From Gemmatimonadota bacterium (GTDB lineage: Bacteria > Gemmatimonadota > Gemmatimonadetes > Longimicrobiales > Gaopeijiaceae), in assembly GCA_039589315.1 (NCBI GenBank), contig JBDHHQ010000001.1, positions 1-64,000 of the forward strand: DNA of 64,000 nt, given 5' to 3'. The translations under genes were made by a program, and so were the position numbers. Below, piece after piece: positions 51,565 through 63,435 of this stretch. Below the pieces are notes generated by a model. That model was not told where the DNA came from and searched no databases. It worked only from the letters and a program-made list of their open reading frames with translations. Numbering within the stretch: the first letter of the stretch is position 1; each line of letters opens with the position of its first letter.

Positions 51565-53280
51565 ATGACCCAGCGATCCACGGCTCCGGCCGGCTTCCCA
51601 CTCGATCGACGCGCTTTCCTTTCGTTCTTCTCGGCGGCCGGACTCTCGGGGACGCTGCTGCCGGGGGTCCTCTGGGCCCAGGCCCAGGAGGGCGGTCCCA
51701 TCACGAAGGACGTCCTCGCAGCGGCGGAGAAGGTCGCGGGTCTGTCCTTCACGGAGGAGGAACGGGAGATGATGCTGGAGGGTCTGAACGAGAGGCTCGA
51801 GGCGTTCAAGGCCATCCGGGCCGTGGAAATCCCCAACGGAGTGCCGCCGGCGCTCCACCTCCAGCCCGTGGTGCCGCCGCCGGCCGTCACGGGACCCTCC
51901 CGATTCCGGGCCTCACGGAGGCCGGATCTACGGCGCCCCGACCGGCTCGAGGACGTGGCATTCTGGCCCGTGACCCACGTCTCCGAGCTGGTCCGGACGG
52001 GCCAGGTATCGTCGGTGGAGCTCACCGAGATGTACCTGAGTCGGCTTCGGCGCCACGGAGAGGCGCTGGAATGCGTGGTGACGCTCACGGAAGAGCTGGC
52101 CCTCGAGCAGGCGCGTCGCGCGGACGCCGAGCTGGCCAACGGACGATACCGGAGCGGCCTTCACGGAATCCCGTGGGGTGCCAAGGACCTGCTCTCGACC
52201 CGCGGCTACGCCACGACCTGGGGCGCCGAGCCCTTCCGCGAGCAGGTGATCCAGGAGGACGCCACGGTAGTCGGACGGCTGGAGGAGGCGGGCGCCGTCC
52301 TGGTGGCCAAGCTCACACTCGGGGCCCTGGCGTCGGGGGACGTCTGGTTCGGGGGGCAGACCCGGAACCCCTGGAACCTCGAGCAGGGCTCGAGCGGCTC
52401 CTCGGCCGGACCTGCCGCAGCCACCGTGGCCGGACTGGTGGGCTTCGCCATCGGCAGCGAGACCTTGGGCTCCATCGTGTCGCCGTCCACACGGTGCGGG
52501 GCGAGCGGGCTCCGCCCGACGTTCGGCCGGGTCAGCCGCTACGGGGCCATGGCCCTGTCGTGGAGCATGGACAAGCTCGGTCCCATCTGCCGGACCGTAG
52601 AGGATTGCGCCCTCGTCCTGAACGCGATACAGGGCGCCGACGGCAAGGACCCCACGGCCAGGGATGCGCCGTTCCATTGGGATGCCGGACGCCCGTTGTC
52701 CTCCCTGCGCGTCGGCTACCTGAAGAGCGGCTTCGAGGACGAGGAGTCCCGTAGCCACGATTTCGACGGACCGGCGTTGGAGGTGGTGCGGCGGCTGGGG
52801 ATCGACCCTGTTCCCGTGGAGCTGCCCGACCGGTTTCCCCTGAGCGCCATTCGATTCGTGCTCAACGCCGAGTCCGCCGCCGCCTTCGACGAGCTCACGA
52901 GGAGCGGCCGGGACGACCTGCTGGTGAGGCAGACGGACAACGCCTGGCCGAACCGGTTCCGGGTCGCGCGCATGGTACCGGCGGTGGAGTACATCCAGGC
53001 GAACCGGGTGCGCACCATGGTCATGCATGCGCTGGAAGCCGCCCTGGAGGGCGTAGACGTCTTCGTGACGCCCTCGTACGCCGCCGGCGTGCTGCTCATG
53101 ACCAACCTGACGGGTCATCCGACGACAGTGGTGCCGAGCGGCTTCACGGAAGAGGGCACGCCCGTGTCGATCTCCTTCGTCGGCAAGCTGTGGGGCGACG
53201 CCGAGGCGCTGCTCCTGGCCAAGGCGTACCAGGACGCCACCGGGTGGCACGAACGGAGACCCGAGCTGTTCCTGGGCTGA
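51565..53280 (+). CDS. Amidase-signature enzyme with Tat signal
   Basis: DRRAFL twin-arginine; GAKDL, GSSGSSAG, GSETLGSIVSPS. Confidence 0.9.
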   Translation: MTQRSTAPAGFPLDRRAFLSFFSAAGLSGTLLPGVLWAQAQEGGPITKDVLAAAEKVAGLSFTEEEREMMLEGLNERLEAFKAIRAVEIPNGVPPALHLQPVVPPPAVTGPSRFRASRRPDLRRPDRLEDVAFWPVTHVSELVRTGQVSSVELTEMYLSRLRRHGEALECVVTLTEELALEQARRADAELANGRYRSGLHGIPWGAKDLLSTRGYATTWGAEPFREQVIQEDATVVGRLEEAGAVLVAKLTLGALASGDVWFGGQTRNPWNLEQGSSGSSAGPAAATVAGLVGFAIGSETLGSIVSPSTRCGASGLRPTFGRVSRYGAMALSWSMDKLGPICRTVEDCALVLNAIQGADGKDPTARDAPFHWDAGRPLSSLRVGYLKSGFEDEESRSHDFDGPALEVVRRLGIDPVPVELPDRFPLSAIRFVLNAESAAAFDELTRSGRDDLLVRQTDNAWPNRFRVARMVPAVEYIQANRVRTMVMHALEAALEGVDVFVTPSYAAGVLLMTNLTGHPTTVVPSGFTEEGTPVSISFVGKLWGDAEALLLAKAYQDATGWHERRPELFLG

Positions 53281-53408
53281 TCGGCACGGTTGGCGGCTCG
53301 TCGCAGCCGCCGCGGGAGTAGGGGCCCCGGCCGGCCACCACCGGCGACCGGTGGGTCGACGACCCCGCTTCACATTCCGGGGCCCGAACGAGCCCGCCAG
53401 CTTTGGCT

Positions 53409-54959
53409 ATGCTCGCTCAGGTCACCTCCGCAGCGCTCCAGGGCGTGGACAGCTACCTCGTCAGCGTCGAGGTCAACGTCAGCTCCGGGCTGCCGTCGTT
53501 CACGGTGGTGGGGCTCCCGCACGGCGCGGTCCGGGAAGGGCGTGAGCGGGTCACCGCCGCCCTTCAGCACGTCGGCGCGCCGGTTCCCCCCCGCCGCGTC
53601 ACCGTCAACCTGGCGCCGGCCGACGTGCCCAAGGAGGGCAGCGCCTTCGATCTGCCCATCGCGGTGGGCCTCCTCTGCGGCACCGGCGCGCTGGACGCCG
53701 GTCGCGTGGACGGAACCGCGTTCGTCGGTGAGCTGGGCCTCGACGGAGGGCTGAGGCCCGTTCGCGGTGCGGTCTCCATGGCGGCCGGGGCCCGAGCGGC
53801 CGGAATCCGGCGTCTGGTGGTGCCTGCGGGCAACGCGCGCGAGGCGGCCATCGTCCAGGGCGTAGACGTGATCGGCGCGCAGCGACTGGCGGACGTGGTG
53901 GCCGATCTGAAGGGCCGGGTCCGCCTTCTCCCCACCCGGATCGATCCCGAGGCCATCCTGGACGAGCCCGAGCGGACGGGGCTGGACCTTGGGGACGTGC
54001 GGGGACAGCGGGCGGCCAAGCGAGCACTGGAGGTGGCCGCTGCCGGCGCCCACAACCTGCTGCTGCTGGGTCCCCCCGGCTCGGGCAAGACCATGCTGGC
54101 CCGGCGGCTCCCGGGTGTCCTGCCGCCTCTGTCGCTGGACGAGGCCCTCGAAGTGACGAAGGTCCACTCGGTGGCCGGGATGCTGCAGGGCGGTGAAGGG
54201 CTCGTCCGCACCCGGCCCTTCCGGGCGCCCCACCACACGGTGAGTGACGCGGGCCTCATCGGCGGCGGTCGCACGCCTAGGCCCGGGGAGGCCAGTCTCG
54301 CCACCCACGGCGTGCTGTTCCTCGACGAGCTGCCCGAGTTTCGGCGCCACGTGCTGGAGTCTCTCCGTCAGCCCTTGGAGGACCATCATGTCACCCTGGC
54401 CAGGGCCAGCCAGAGTCTGCGGTTTCCCGCCCGCTTCGTCCTGGTTGCGGCCATGAACCCCTGCCCGTGTGGGTACTACGGTGACGGCTCGGACCGCTGC
54501 ACCTGCGACCCCGGCATGGTGGAGCGCTACCGGTCCCGGATCTCCGGCCCACTGCTCGACCGAATCGACCTGCACGTGGAGGTTCCATCCGTTCCGTACA
54601 GGGAGCTGACGGCTCGTGCGGACAACGGGGGGAGCGCCACGGTGCGGGCGCGCGTAGCCCGGAGCCGTGAGCGACAACGGGCCCGCTTCTCGTCCGCGCC
54701 CGGCATCCACGCCAACGGGCAGATGGGGCCCACCGAGATCCGGCGATGGTGTCGCCCGGCCCCGGCCGTCGCGCGCCTGCTGCAACGATCGCTGGATCGC
54801 CTCGGCCTGAGCGCCCGGGCGTACCACCGGATCCTGAAGGTGGCCCGCACCATCGCGGACCTCGACGAGGCCGCCGAGATCGCACCGGAGCACGCCGCCG
54901 AGGCGGTGCAGTACAGAACCCTGGATCGCCAACGGGCCTCTGCGGTAGCGCTGCGGTGA
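53409..54959 (+). CDS. comM: ComM/YifB Mg-chelatase-like AAA+ helicase
   Basis: VNLAPAD, GPPGSGKTM, PFRAPHH, LFLDELPEF, AMNPCPCG, LSARAYHR. Confidence 0.95.
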   Translation: MLAQVTSAALQGVDSYLVSVEVNVSSGLPSFTVVGLPHGAVREGRERVTAALQHVGAPVPPRRVTVNLAPADVPKEGSAFDLPIAVGLLCGTGALDAGRVDGTAFVGELGLDGGLRPVRGAVSMAAGARAAGIRRLVVPAGNAREAAIVQGVDVIGAQRLADVVADLKGRVRLLPTRIDPEAILDEPERTGLDLGDVRGQRAAKRALEVAAAGAHNLLLLGPPGSGKTMLARRLPGVLPPLSLDEALEVTKVHSVAGMLQGGEGLVRTRPFRAPHHTVSDAGLIGGGRTPRPGEASLATHGVLFLDELPEFRRHVLESLRQPLEDHHVTLARASQSLRFPARFVLVAAMNPCPCGYYGDGSDRCTCDPGMVERYRSRISGPLLDRIDLHVEVPSVPYRELTARADNGGSATVRARVARSRERQRARFSSAPGIHANGQMGPTEIRRWCRPAPAVARLLQRSLDRLGLSARAYHRILKVARTIADLDEAAEIAPEHAAEAVQYRTLDRQRASAVALR

Positions 54960-55141
54960 GGGCTACCGACCGCCATGGCCCGGTGGACTCACGGTGGAAG
55001 CCCGCGCGGCCGCCCGGGCGAAGAGGCCCGCGCGTAGCGGGCTCAACCGCCCCGAAGCGTGGGCGATTCGGTTGTATGCTACCGCGGGCAGGGGTACGTT
55101 ATGCCGTCTCTCGCCGTCCGACCGCACCGCCCAGGCCGACG

Positions 55142-56299
55142 ATGCATTACCTGGACTACGCAGCCACCTCCGCCGTGCGCCCCGCGTCCGTCGTCGACGC
55201 CGTGACGGCCTTTCTGGCCGATTGCGGGGCGACGCCCGGCCGCGGTGGGCACAGGCCCTCCATCGAGGCGGGGCGGGTGGCCTTCCGGTGCCGCCGGTCG
55301 CTCTGCCGCCTCCTCGGCCTGCCCGGCGACCCCGGCCGGCTCGCCTTCACGCACAACGCGACCCACGCCCTCAACACGGCGCTGTGGGGCCTCCTGCGGC
55401 CAGGTGACCTCCTGGTCGTCTCGCCCTACGACCACAACGCCGTCCTCCGACCGGCGCATCGTCTGGCGAGGGAGCGCGGGGTCGAGGTCCGGATGCTGTC
55501 GGGTGCTCCCGACGGCAGCTTCGATCTGGACGAGGTGGGCCGGGTCGTGGAGGGAGCCCGGCTCCTGGTCATCAACGCCGCGTCCAACGTGCTGGGGACC
55601 CGGGCTCCTGTGGCCGAGCTCGCCGCCCTGGCCCACGACCGTGGCGCGCTCGTGCTCGTCGATGCCGCTCAGTCCGCGGGCGTCCTGCCCGTCAGCCATG
55701 CCGAGGAAGGCGCCGATCTGATCGCGGTCACGGGCCACAAGGGCCTCCTCGGTCCCCAGGGACTGGGCGCCCTCTGGGTGCGGGACGGCCTCGACGTCGA
55801 GCCTCTCCTCTGCGGCGGGACCGGTGGCGATTCCAGGACGCGGGAGATGCCTGCGGCCATGCCGGACCGATTGGAAGCCGGAACACCCAACTCGCCCGGC
55901 ATGGCCGGGCTCGCCGCCGGGGTCCGCTACGTCCTGCAGGAGGGCGTGACCGAGATTCAGCGCAGGGAGCTGGTGTTGAAGCGCCGCTTGCGCGACGGCC
56001 TCTCCCAGATCGCAGGCGTCCGTGTGGTCTCGCCGGCCGGGGAGGACGGCGTGGGGGTGGTTACGGTGGCCAGTGACGCCATGGACGCAGGGACCCTTGC
56101 CGGACGGCTGGATGCCGAATTCGGCGTCATGGTCCGAGCGGGTCTTCACTGCGCGCCCGAGGCTCACCGGATCCTGGGGACCATGGGGACGGGGGCCGTG
56201 CGATTCTCGGTGGGCTGGGCCACCACCGACGCCGACGTCGACGCCGCCGTGTGCGGTGTGGACCGGATCGCCGGGAAGCGTCCCGTCCCTTTGGCGTGA
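55142..56299 (+). CDS. Class-V aminotransferase / cysteine desulfurase family
   Basis: YLDYAATS, NATHALN, DAAQSAG, GHKGLLGP, RAGLHCAP. Confidence 0.9.
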   Translation: MHYLDYAATSAVRPASVVDAVTAFLADCGATPGRGGHRPSIEAGRVAFRCRRSLCRLLGLPGDPGRLAFTHNATHALNTALWGLLRPGDLLVVSPYDHNAVLRPAHRLARERGVEVRMLSGAPDGSFDLDEVGRVVEGARLLVINAASNVLGTRAPVAELAALAHDRGALVLVDAAQSAGVLPVSHAEEGADLIAVTGHKGLLGPQGLGALWVRDGLDVEPLLCGGTGGDSRTREMPAAMPDRLEAGTPNSPGMAGLAAGVRYVLQEGVTEIQRRELVLKRRLRDGLSQIAGVRVVSPAGEDGVGVVTVASDAMDAGTLAGRLDAEFGVMVRAGLHCAPEAHRILGTMGTGAVRFSVGWATTDADVDAAVCGVDRIAGKRPVPLA

Positions 56300-56324
56300 C
56301 TGTCGAACGGCCCGGAGGTTCGTG

Positions 56325-56891
56325 TTGCGCCTCTTCGTGGCCCTGAACCTCCCCGACCGCGAGAGAGCCGGCATTCACCGCGCGGCGGCCTCCCTACGTG
56401 AATCGACCCTACCCGTGCGGTGGGTCCCCGCCGAGAACCTGCATGTGACCCTGGCGTTCCTTGGCGAGGTGGACGAGGGGCGGGTGGACCCGGTCGGCCA
56501 GGCGCTGCGATGGGTGGGAGCCCAGCACGCCCCGCTGACGTTGGAGGTCGGTGGGGTCGGCGCGTTCCCGACTCCTCGCCGCCCCCGGGTCTTGTGGATC
56601 GGTGCGGAGGGTGGGTCGGCCCTCCGCGCGCTGCAGCGAGGGGTGCAGGCGGCGCTGGAGCCCCTGGGATTCGCGCCCGACGAGCGCTCCTTCCATCCTC
56701 ACGTGACGCTCGGGCGCGCTCGGAGGCACGCCGGACCACGGGACTTCGGGGAGTTCGCTGCCATGGCCGAAACCGTGGACTACCGGCAGCGCGTAGGGAT
56801 CGGTACGGTGGATCTCATGCAAAGCCGGGGATCGCCATCCGGTGTTCGCTACCGGGCAATGCTGCGCTGCCCACTGGGCGGCGCTGGATAG
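56325..56891 (+). CDS. thpR: RNA 2',3'-cyclic phosphodiesterase (2H family)
   Basis: RLFVAL, two HVTL motifs, GAFP..RPRVLW; GGAGG RBS before TTG. Confidence 0.93.
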   Translation: MRLFVALNLPDRERAGIHRAAASLRESTLPVRWVPAENLHVTLAFLGEVDEGRVDPVGQALRWVGAQHAPLTLEVGGVGAFPTPRRPRVLWIGAEGGSALRALQRGVQAALEPLGFAPDERSFHPHVTLGRARRHAGPRDFGEFAAMAETVDYRQRVGIGTVDLMQSRGSPSGVRYRAMLRCPLGGAG

Positions 56892-57010
56892 GGTGCGGGT
56901 GCGGAAATCCCGGTGGCGCCCTCCGTGGAGGCACGCGCCGGTAGAATCGAACCGAGGCGCCCGGGGCCGAACCTGGAGAGGCTCCGTCCGGACTGGAGCG
57001 GAATGGAATC

Positions 57011-57670
57011 GTGAAGACGCTGAGCTGGATCGTCCGCAGGGTCGTGGACCTGGTCGTGCTGATCCTCGTCGCCTACGGCGGCTGGAAGTGGGGGGGGCTC
57101 GTGTTTCCGGGCCTCGAGGCGCGGCTGGGCGTGGGGGCCGCCCCGGCCATCGTGGTGGAAGGAGTGGAGCCGTCCGAGGAGCTGGGTGATGCCGCCCTTC
57201 GCCGCATCGAGGACTTCCTGGAGGGCGGGGAGGACGAGCTGGCCCTGTCCGGCGCCGAGCTCACCAGCGTCCTGCGTTACGGGCGCCAGGACCTGGTCCC
57301 GGCGGGACTCCACGAGCTCCACGTCCGTCTCGAACAGGGTCGCGCCCATGCTGCCGCCGATGTGTCGCTCTCCCAGTTCCCCGCGTTGGCGGAGCTCGGG
57401 CCCGTGACCGGGATCCTCCCGGACCCGGTGACCCTGGAGCTCCAGGGCTCGGTCATGGGGTTCGGCGACCATTCAGCGGCGCTGGTGGTGCAGGGAATCG
57501 CGGTGGCGGGCGTGCCGCTGCCCAGAGGGCTCATCCCCGAGGTCGTGCGTGCCCTGCGCGAGATCGACCGACCGGGCCTTCCGGACGAGGCGCTGGTCGT
57601 GGGCCTGCCGGAGGGGATCGCGTCGGCCCACGTGGTGGGTGACCGCCTGGTCCTGGTAGCCGGGTCCTGA
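57011..57670 (+). CDS. Membrane-anchored hypothetical protein
   Basis: N-terminal TM, beta-rich body, GC3-biased codons. Confidence 0.7.
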   Translation: MKTLSWIVRRVVDLVVLILVAYGGWKWGGLVFPGLEARLGVGAAPAIVVEGVEPSEELGDAALRRIEDFLEGGEDELALSGAELTSVLRYGRQDLVPAGLHELHVRLEQGRAHAAADVSLSQFPALAELGPVTGILPDPVTLELQGSVMGFGDHSAALVVQGIAVAGVPLPRGLIPEVVRALREIDRPGLPDEALVVGLPEGIASAHVVGDRLVLVAGS

Positions 57671-57910
57671 CGCCCACGCCGCCCCGCAGGCTCCCGCATG
57701 GCCTACCGCGCCGCCCCCGGGGTTCGGTCCGGTCCGGCCGGCCGGTCTCGGCCCAACCGGGAACCGCCACGCCGTTGTTGTGTCCTACACAGGTGACACC
57801 TGGGCGGCAGCGTCCACCCCCTGGCCAGGATCTCCGCCGGGGGCCGTAGCGCTCGGCCAGCGAGCCCGCAGGGCCCGCCGTCCTTTCATCCCAGACCCGG
57901 AGCCGTTGCC

Positions 57911-59269
<1,359 letters not shown>

Positions 59270-59278
59270 CCGACCGGG

Positions 59279-60088
59279 TCAGCGGTCCTGGGCGCCCATG
59301 CCTTCGATCTGGGCCCCGTTCGGCAGCCGGTAGAGAACCTCGACGGTGCGGTAATCCCGTGCCGACAGGCTCCGCGCCGTGTTCGTCGGATACATCACGT
59401 CGCGCGGCGAGTCGCTGTGGGGCAAGCCCAGGGCGTGGCCCATCTCGTGGGCCGCGACCAGCTCCACCTCGTGGGGGCTCAGCTCGTAGCGCGGGTTGTA
59501 GGGACTGCGCGTGGCCAGCGCGAAGTCCACGATGCGGAGCGATTTTTCCCCGTTCCTGTCTCGCCATTCGGACCGGGTGTGTCCCAGGCTGGATCCGTCG
59601 AGCTGGAGCGTCCACCGTACCACGATGTCGGCACCCTCACGACTGCCTCGGTCGTGTATGCGAAGCGCGAACGGACGTTGGTGCCAGGCCTGGATGCCAC
59701 GCACGGCGGCCCGTTGCAGCCCCCGGGCCCGGCCGGGGGGCTCGAAGTCCGGTTGCGGGACGGAAACGGTGAGCGTCTGAAGGGTATCGGGCCACCGCAG
59801 CACCCGGTGCGAGTCGGGAGCCTCCGGGTTGGCGCACAGGTAGCCGGAATCCGGACACACGGACCGGGCCGGCAGGACGAGCCGTTGCGTCCGTGCAACC
59901 GGGGCCTCGGCGGAAAGTGGACACGGCGACGTCTCGCACTCGTCCATACCCCCGAACGCCTCGTCCATGCCGAACAGAGGTCTCGACAGCCGGGACGCGG
60001 GGCGAAGGAAGCCGATGAGGGCCACGACCACGGCCACACCGACCAGAGGCGTGATGGGTAGACCGCCCCGACCGGGGGAACGTCGCAA
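59279..60088 (-). CDS. Matrixin family (metzincin) metalloprotease
   Basis: HEMGHALGLPH, Met-turn DVMYP, N-terminal TM. Confidence 0.88.
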   Translation of the reverse strand: MRRSPGRGGLPITPLVGVAVVVALIGFLRPASRLSRPLFGMDEAFGGMDECETSPCPLSAEAPVARTQRLVLPARSVCPDSGYLCANPEAPDSHRVLRWPDTLQTLTVSVPQPDFEPPGRARGLQRAAVRGIQAWHQRPFALRIHDRGSREGADIVVRWTLQLDGSSLGHTRSEWRDRNGEKSLRIVDFALATRSPYNPRYELSPHEVELVAAHEMGHALGLPHSDSPRDVMYPTNTARSLSARDYRTVEVLYRLPNGAQIEGMGAQDR

Positions 60089-60170
60089 GCCGGTGTCCTT
60101 TCACGCAGGGGCGATGGAAGCAGTGGATATACACTTCTTCGGCCCCCCCGGGCGGAAAGATTAGGGACGG

Positions 60171-60356
60171 TTGACCGTCGGGAGCTGGGCGACGTTGGTG
60201 GGCGCCGGGGTGGCGGGCGCGGCCTTCGTGGGCTTCGTCGTGGCCCTGGTGGCGAGGCGCGTGAGCCCCGCCTCGCCGTTCGTGCAGACGTGGCTCTTCT
60301 ACACCGCCCTGGTGGCATTCTTGATGGCGGCGGTCCTCGTGGTCGGGCTCACCTGA
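60171..60356 (+). CDS. Small 2-TM hypothetical protein
   Basis: 61 aa, two hydrophobic helices, GC3-biased codons. Confidence 0.55.
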   Translation: MTVGSWATLVGAGVAGAAFVGFVVALVARRVSPASPFVQTWLFYTALVAFLMAAVLVVGLT

Positions 60357-60498
60357 TCGCGTCCTCCCGCCGGGCCCTCGTGGGAAGCTCGGGCGGGGCT
60401 GGACCAGGGCCGCCGTGACGCGAACAGCCGCCCCGGCGCCACCGGGGTGGCGGAGCCCGGGCGCCCCGCCTCGGCCATCTCGAAGGGCGGAAAGCCCG

Positions 60499-60765
60499 GT
60501 GACGCGCACCGAGGAGCTTCGACTCGGCGACGGGCTGCTGCCCGAGACCGCGATCGGGCCGCTGATCGACGCCGACGCTTTCCGGAAGACCCAGCGGTAC
60601 ATGGAGGTGGCCCGGTCCGCAGGCGAGATTCTGTCGGGTGGGTGGCCCGCCGGGGGCGGCCACCGGAAGGGGGGCTGGGAGGTCTACGAGTTCTACTCGG
60701 AGACCAAGGTCTGCTCCCTGGACTACTCCGGCAGGCTCCAGCGAGCAAAGATCGACGACTACTGA
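60499..60765 (+). pseudogene. Aldehyde dehydrogenase remnant with internal deletion
   Basis: LRLGDGLLPETAIGPLI...ILSGG joined to C-terminal GHRKGGWEVYEFYSETKV..DYSGRLQRAKID. Confidence 0.75.
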
Positions 60766-60987
60766 CCGGTGGGTCGAGACTATTGACCGGCGTTCCGCGG
60801 CTGAGCCAGGTTGGGTACACCGCAGGAGTGTCGAGATTCTACGAGCGGTCCGTGCCACCGCTTACGGCGGGAACGGCCCCGGGGCCGGTGTGTATTCGTC
60901 GAGTACCGCCGCGAAGAGCTCGGGGATGCGAGACCGGGCCGGGAACGCCCAGCGGGATCCCGTAGGGACCGGAAGAACCGAAGCGGA

Positions 60988-61731
60988 ATGAGCGTGACCG
61001 ACCCAACCGACCAAGTCAGCGATCCCAGGCCGCGCCTGGCGGACCGCCCCTCGTTCTTCCGGACCGTCTGGGACTGGACCAAGTCCGTGGCGGTGGCCTT
61101 CGTCCTGTTCCTCTTCATCCGGGCCTTCCTCGTCGAGGCGTTCAAGATCCCGACGTCGTCCATGGAGAACACGCTTCTCGTGGGCGACTTCCTGATCGTC
61201 AACAAGGCGATGTACGGTGCCGAGATCCCCGGCGTCCACCTCCGCGTTCCCGGATTCGCCGAGCCGGACCGGGGAGACGTCATCGTCTTCAATCCGCCGC
61301 ACGATCCCGCCAAGAATTACGTGAAGCGGCTCATCGGACTCCCTGGGGACACGCTCGAAATGCGAGGCAAGGACGTCTACGTGAACAACGTCCTTCAGGA
61401 GGAGCCCTACGCCCGCTACCTCGACCGGGGAGGCGACGCCGTCCATCCGTCGATGAGCTGGCAACACCGATTCCTTCCCACCAGTCTGGAGGCGCGCGAG
61501 TACCGCCCGTCCCGGGACAACTGGGGGCCCATCGTCGTTCCGGTGGGCCGCTTCTTCGTTCTCGGTGACAACCGGGACAACAGCGAGGATTCCCGCTACT
61601 GGGGCTTCGTGCGGAGAGAAGCCATCCGCGGTCGTCCCTGGTTCATCTACTACTCGTTTCGACCGCACGACGACGGCATGAGCTGGCTCCGGGACATCCG
61701 CTGGGAACGCATCGGCGGGCGCATCGAATAG
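60988..61731 (+). CDS. lepB: Signal peptidase I
   Basis: IPTSSMENTL..GD, YVKRLIGLPGD, GDNRDNSEDSRYWG. Confidence 0.96.
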   Translation: MSVTDPTDQVSDPRPRLADRPSFFRTVWDWTKSVAVAFVLFLFIRAFLVEAFKIPTSSMENTLLVGDFLIVNKAMYGAEIPGVHLRVPGFAEPDRGDVIVFNPPHDPAKNYVKRLIGLPGDTLEMRGKDVYVNNVLQEEPYARYLDRGGDAVHPSMSWQHRFLPTSLEAREYRPSRDNWGPIVVPVGRFFVLGDNRDNSEDSRYWGFVRREAIRGRPWFIYYSFRPHDDGMSWLRDIRWERIGGRIE

Positions 61732-62003
61732 CCAAGCCGTCCCCCCGGCGGAGTCGGGCGGCGCTTCACCGCCCGGTCGGGACCCTCTGTCCAACACTTC
61801 CCGCCGGGTTGCGCGACGGCATTCCGGGCCCTACTGATTCCTCGACGGGCTCGCCTGGCAATGCGCGGCTGCCCATCCTGATGAGCGACACCCGCGACTT
61901 TCGAACGAGCTGCTGATCTGAGCGTGGACCGCCGGGTTGCCCCCCACCTCGCTGCGCCACGGCGCACCGGTGTTCCCGTGCGCTCGAGCCCTCTATCTGG
62001 CAC

Positions 62004-62855
62004 ATGAGCTTCCAGGCCCGCCGCCGACCCCTCGGAGAGGGCTCTCTCGACCAGTACCTCAAGGAGATCTCGGCGTATCCGCTCATCGATCGCGATGAGG
62101 AGGCCCGACTCGCCAAGGCGATCCGCCGAGGCGAAGACGAGGCCCTGGACAAGCTCGTCAGGTCCAACCTCCGCTTCGTCGTTTCGGTCGCCAAGAAGTA
62201 CCAGAACCAGGGCGTGCCTCTGGCGGACCTGATCAACGAGGGCAACCTGGGCCTGATCCGGGCGGCCCATAAGTTCGACGAGACCAAGGGGATCAAGTTC
62301 ATCTCCTACGCCGTGTGGTGGATCCGTCAGGCGATCCTGCAGGCGCTGGCCGAGCAGAGCCGGATCGTCCGGGTGCCCCTCAACCGAGCGGGGGCGCTGC
62401 ACCGGATCGGACGGCGAAAGGCCATGCTGCTCCAGGAGCTCGGCCGGGAGCCCACCGTCGAGGAGCTTGCCGACGACCTCGAGCTGACCAAGGAGGAGGT
62501 CGAGAAGACCCTGGCCATCTCCCAGTCTCACCTCTCGCTGGACGCCCCCATGACGCCCGGCGAGGACAATCGGCTCCTGGACTATCTGCCCGATCAGTAC
62601 TCCCCCGGTCCGGAGGACGAGGCCTACGAGCGAGCGCTCAAGGAGACGATCGAAGAGGCGCTGTCCACCCTCAAGGAGCGTGAGGCCAAGATCCTTCGCC
62701 TCTACTTCGGGTTGGATGACCAGGAGCCCATGACGCTGGAGGAGATCGGATCGCTTCTGGGCATCACCCGGGAGCGCGTTCGTCAGATCAAGGAAAAGGC
62801 GCTGCTCAGGCTGCGTCACGCGTCGCGGGCGCGCTTCCTGGAAACCTACCGCTGA
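62004..62855 (+). CDS. RpoD/SigA-family sigma70 factor lacking region 1.1
   Basis: YLKEI, NLRFVVSVAKKY, DLINEGNLGL, FISYAVWWIRQ, TRERVRQI. Confidence 0.93.
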   Translation: MSFQARRRPLGEGSLDQYLKEISAYPLIDRDEEARLAKAIRRGEDEALDKLVRSNLRFVVSVAKKYQNQGVPLADLINEGNLGLIRAAHKFDETKGIKFISYAVWWIRQAILQALAEQSRIVRVPLNRAGALHRIGRRKAMLLQELGREPTVEELADDLELTKEEVEKTLAISQSHLSLDAPMTPGEDNRLLDYLPDQYSPGPEDEAYERALKETIEEALSTLKEREAKILRLYFGLDDQEPMTLEEIGSLLGITRERVRQIKEKALLRLRHASRARFLETYR

Positions 62856-62916
62856 GGCCCCCCTAAAGCCGCGGAACCCCCCCCACTCCACGGTCTGATG
62901 CGGGGCTCTCGGGCCG

Positions 62917-62945
62917 TTGACACCCCCCAAGGCCTGGACTATCAT
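62917..62945 (+). promoter_or_regulatory. sigma70 promoter of rplM-rpsI-rpsB
   Basis: TTGACA-17 bp-TATCAT. Confidence 0.8.
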
Positions 62946-62982
62946 TCAAAGCTCTGTTGCTGAACCTGCTTTTTCGCAGAAA

Positions 62983-63435
62983 ATGAAGACATACACGCCC
63001 AAAGCCACCGAGATCGAGCGCAAGTGGTGGGTCGTCGACGCCGATGGAAAGCCCCTCGGCCGACTGGCCACCGAGGTCGCGCGCGTGCTCCGTGGAAAGC
63101 ACAAGCCGATCTTCACGCCGCACCTCGACGTGGGGGACCACGTCGTGGTGATCAACGCGGAGAAGGTGGCCCTGACGGGGAAGAAGGCCGAGCAGAAGAC
63201 CTACTTCCGGCACAGCGGCTACATGGGCGGAGAGAGGCACATCCCCTTCAAGCGCATGATCGAGAAGAACCCTGAGCGGGTCATCGAGCTCGCCGTCAAG
63301 GGCATGCTCCCAAAGAACACGCTGGGGCGCCACACGCGAAAGAAGCTGCGGGTGTATGCGGGCGGCGAGCATCCGCACGTCGGCCAGGCACCCGAGCCCC
63401 TGGAGATTCGAGCAGGATACGAGCCTAGTTCATGA
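62983..63435 (+). CDS. rplM: 50S ribosomal protein L13
   Basis: [28 protein letters not shown]. Confidence 0.97.
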   Translation: MKTYTPKATEIERKWWVVDADGKPLGRLATEVARVLRGKHKPIFTPHLDVGDHVVVINAEKVALTGKKAEQKTYFRHSGYMGGERHIPFKRMIEKNPERVIELAVKGMLPKNTLGRHTRKKLRVYAGGEHPHVGQAPEPLEIRAGYEPSS

